DNA from: a virus
Virus record (IMG/VR): IMGVR_UViG_3300031521_000027
Location: 1 to 64,000 of that record
Length of the DNA stretch: 64,000 nucleotides
Strand: one strand, 5' to 3'
Shown here: one piece after another, positions 62,830 through 64,000 of the stretch
Position numbering within the stretch: position 1 is the stretch's first letter
Layout: each line of letters starts with the position of its first letter
Translations under genes and position numbers: made by a program
The notes under the pieces: generated by a model
The model's input: only the letters and a program-made list of their open reading frames with translations
Database searches by the model: none
What the model was told of the DNA's origin: nothing

Positions 62830-63332
62830 GCAACGAGTCCGACTTCGAGGCCCAGATCATGGCGTGGGTCACTGAGACGCTGGAGCTTCGCCACGGTGAG
62901 GCAGGGGACCCCAAGGGCAGGCTGCGCGGTGCTGAGCAGGAGAGCATCGCGGAGATGACCGACCTGCTGCTGCGGGTCAGGGCACGCGCCGACCGGGTCG
63001 ACGAGCTGCTGAGCAAGGTCACCCTCGCTCGGGGCCGGGCACGTAGGGCCAAGGAGGAGGCAGCCTTCACCGCTGACCGAGCCCTGATGCAGGCCACCCA
63101 GATCCGGGGGGCGAAGAGGACCGAGTTCTCCTCCGCCGCCGAGCGGGCAGCCGACGCCAAGCTGGATTCGTTTGAGGAAAGAAGGGTGGCTTATCTTAGG
63201 GACAGATTGGTATCGGTTACCAATGATGCCCACGAAGTGATTTCACAGGTTCACTGGCAGCTGGACGCCATCCGCAAGGACCTGCGCGCCTCGCTCCACG
63301 CCCTCCAGTTCGAGTCCTCGCTGGAACGGTGA
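62826..63332 (+). CDS. Coiled-coil hypothetical protein (possibly a UvsY-like mediator)
   Basis: All-helical 168 aa between pol and SSB; function inferred from context only. Confidence 0.5.
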   Translation: MSNESDFEAQIMAWVTETLELRHGEAGDPKGRLRGAEQESIAEMTDLLLRVRARADRVDELLSKVTLARGRARRAKEEAAFTADRALMQATQIRGAKRTEFSSAAERAADAKLDSFEERRVAYLRDRLVSVTNDAHEVISQVHWQLDAIRKDLRASLHALQFESSLER

Positions 63333-63360
63333 CGTCATTCTGCGGATTGTCAGTGCTGAT

Positions 63361-63374
63361 CCGTACCATTAGTT
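63361..63374 (+). promoter_or_regulatory. Phage middle-promoter motif variant (CCGTACC ATTAGTT)
   Basis: Intergenic, upstream of the SSB-like gene. Confidence 0.55.
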
Positions 63375-63427
63375 AGAAGCCAACGAGTCCGGAACTATCC
63401 GGCTCCCGGGAAACAAGAAAGAGACAG

Positions 63428-64000
63428 ATGCCCAGAGTCACATTCGAGGAAGAGAACAGGGTTGCAGTCACGAACTACGACTACCCGAAGCTCAAGCTCA
63501 AGAACGGGGAGCGCGCCCGCATCCTCGTTGGTCTGGAGAACCCCGTCATGGAGTTCGTCCACACCCTCCGCAAGCCGCAGATCATCAACGGCGTCGTGCA
63601 GATGGAGACCAAGGAGCGCAAGGACAAGTCCACGTTCGAGGACTACAAGACCGACTTCATCACCAAGGCGATCTGCATGGGCGACGCCACCATCCTCGGC
63701 GAGAAGGGCAGCGACCCCAAGAACTGCCCGATGTGCAAGCTGGCCAAGGACTTCCCCGACTACGCGCAGGAGCCGCAGCGCCGCTACGCCATGCACGTGA
63801 TCCGCTACCGCACCAAGGCCGGGACCACCACGCTCCAGACGCCGTACTCGGTCGAGGTCCTCGTGTGGGGCTTCGCCGACAAGGTGTTCAACAAGCTGAT
63901 CGACGCCAAGAAGGAGTGGACCGACCTGCGCAAGCACGACCTGCTCCTCGGCCCGTGCTCCAGCGAGAACTTCCAGCAGTTCGACATCGCCGTCGCGGCG
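63428..64000 (+). CDS. T4 gp32-like single-stranded DNA-binding protein (3' truncated; not in ORF track)
   Basis: ATG 63428 frame is open to the window end; LKLKNGERARI, ICMG...CPMC, RRYAMHVI, VLVWGF pattern. Confidence 0.65.
   Translation, partial: MPRVTFEEENRVAVTNYDYPKLKLKNGERARILVGLENPVMEFVHTLRKPQIINGVVQMETKERKDKSTFEDYKTDFITKAICMGDATILGEKGSDPKNCPMCKLAKDFPDYAQEPQRRYAMHVIRYRTKAGTTTLQTPYSVEVLVWGFADKVFNKLIDAKKEWTDLRKHDLLLGPCSSENFQQFDIAVAA

Larger units (their letters stand above)
390..63180. repeat. Dispersed palindrome TTTC-NN-GAAA (about 38 copies)
   Basis: 19 perfect copies (4755, 6995, 11015, 13281, 14699, 19334, 27584, 31256, 31635, 34500, 38644, 42137, 47580, 47694, 49200, 51040, 52599, 54174, 60574) plus about 19 one-mismatch copies. 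Confidence 0.9.

Noticed and set aside
1-64000. tRNA, rRNA, integrase, repressor cassette and lysis genes
   Set aside because: None were recognisable by eye. They may lie outside the window, so lifestyle cannot be called.

Overview
This is a 64-kb segment of a large, GC-rich (by eye about two-thirds GC) tailed phage, most likely infecting an actinobacterium. All credible genes lie on the + strand. Gene order: Cas4-like nuclease, HNH, PNKP-like phosphatase, beta clamp, Rad50 C-terminal half and DnaX (0-8.5 kb); glycosyl/methyltransferase cassette (8.6-11.2 kb); terminase, portal, MuF-like protein, a 2096-aa head-region protein, protease/scaffold, decoration and capsid (11.2-27.1 kb); fibres, neck, a GT-B glycosyltransferase, tail tube, frameshifted chaperone, tape measure, three paralogous minor tail proteins and a large adhesin (27.2-50.5 kb); then SNF2 ATPase, two sigma factors, DnaB helicase, primase parts, delta'/delta clamp-loader subunits, a family A polymerase and SSB (50.6-64 kb). 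The strongest signals: (1) a 10-bp palindrome TTTC-NN-GAAA dispersed about 38 times through the window, mostly inside genes; (2) an apparent three-tier transcription cascade, host SigA to phage ECF-like sigma to phage FliA/WhiG-like sigma, with two recurring -10-like motifs and several leaderless genes; (3) a chimeric replisome pairing a family A polymerase that has a DnaE-like C-terminal domain with a complete bacterial clamp and clamp loader; (4) a shared peptide linking the portal C-terminus, a small head protein and the giant protein; (5) a probable virion glycosylation system. All protein calls come from motif recognition by eye; no database searches were run.
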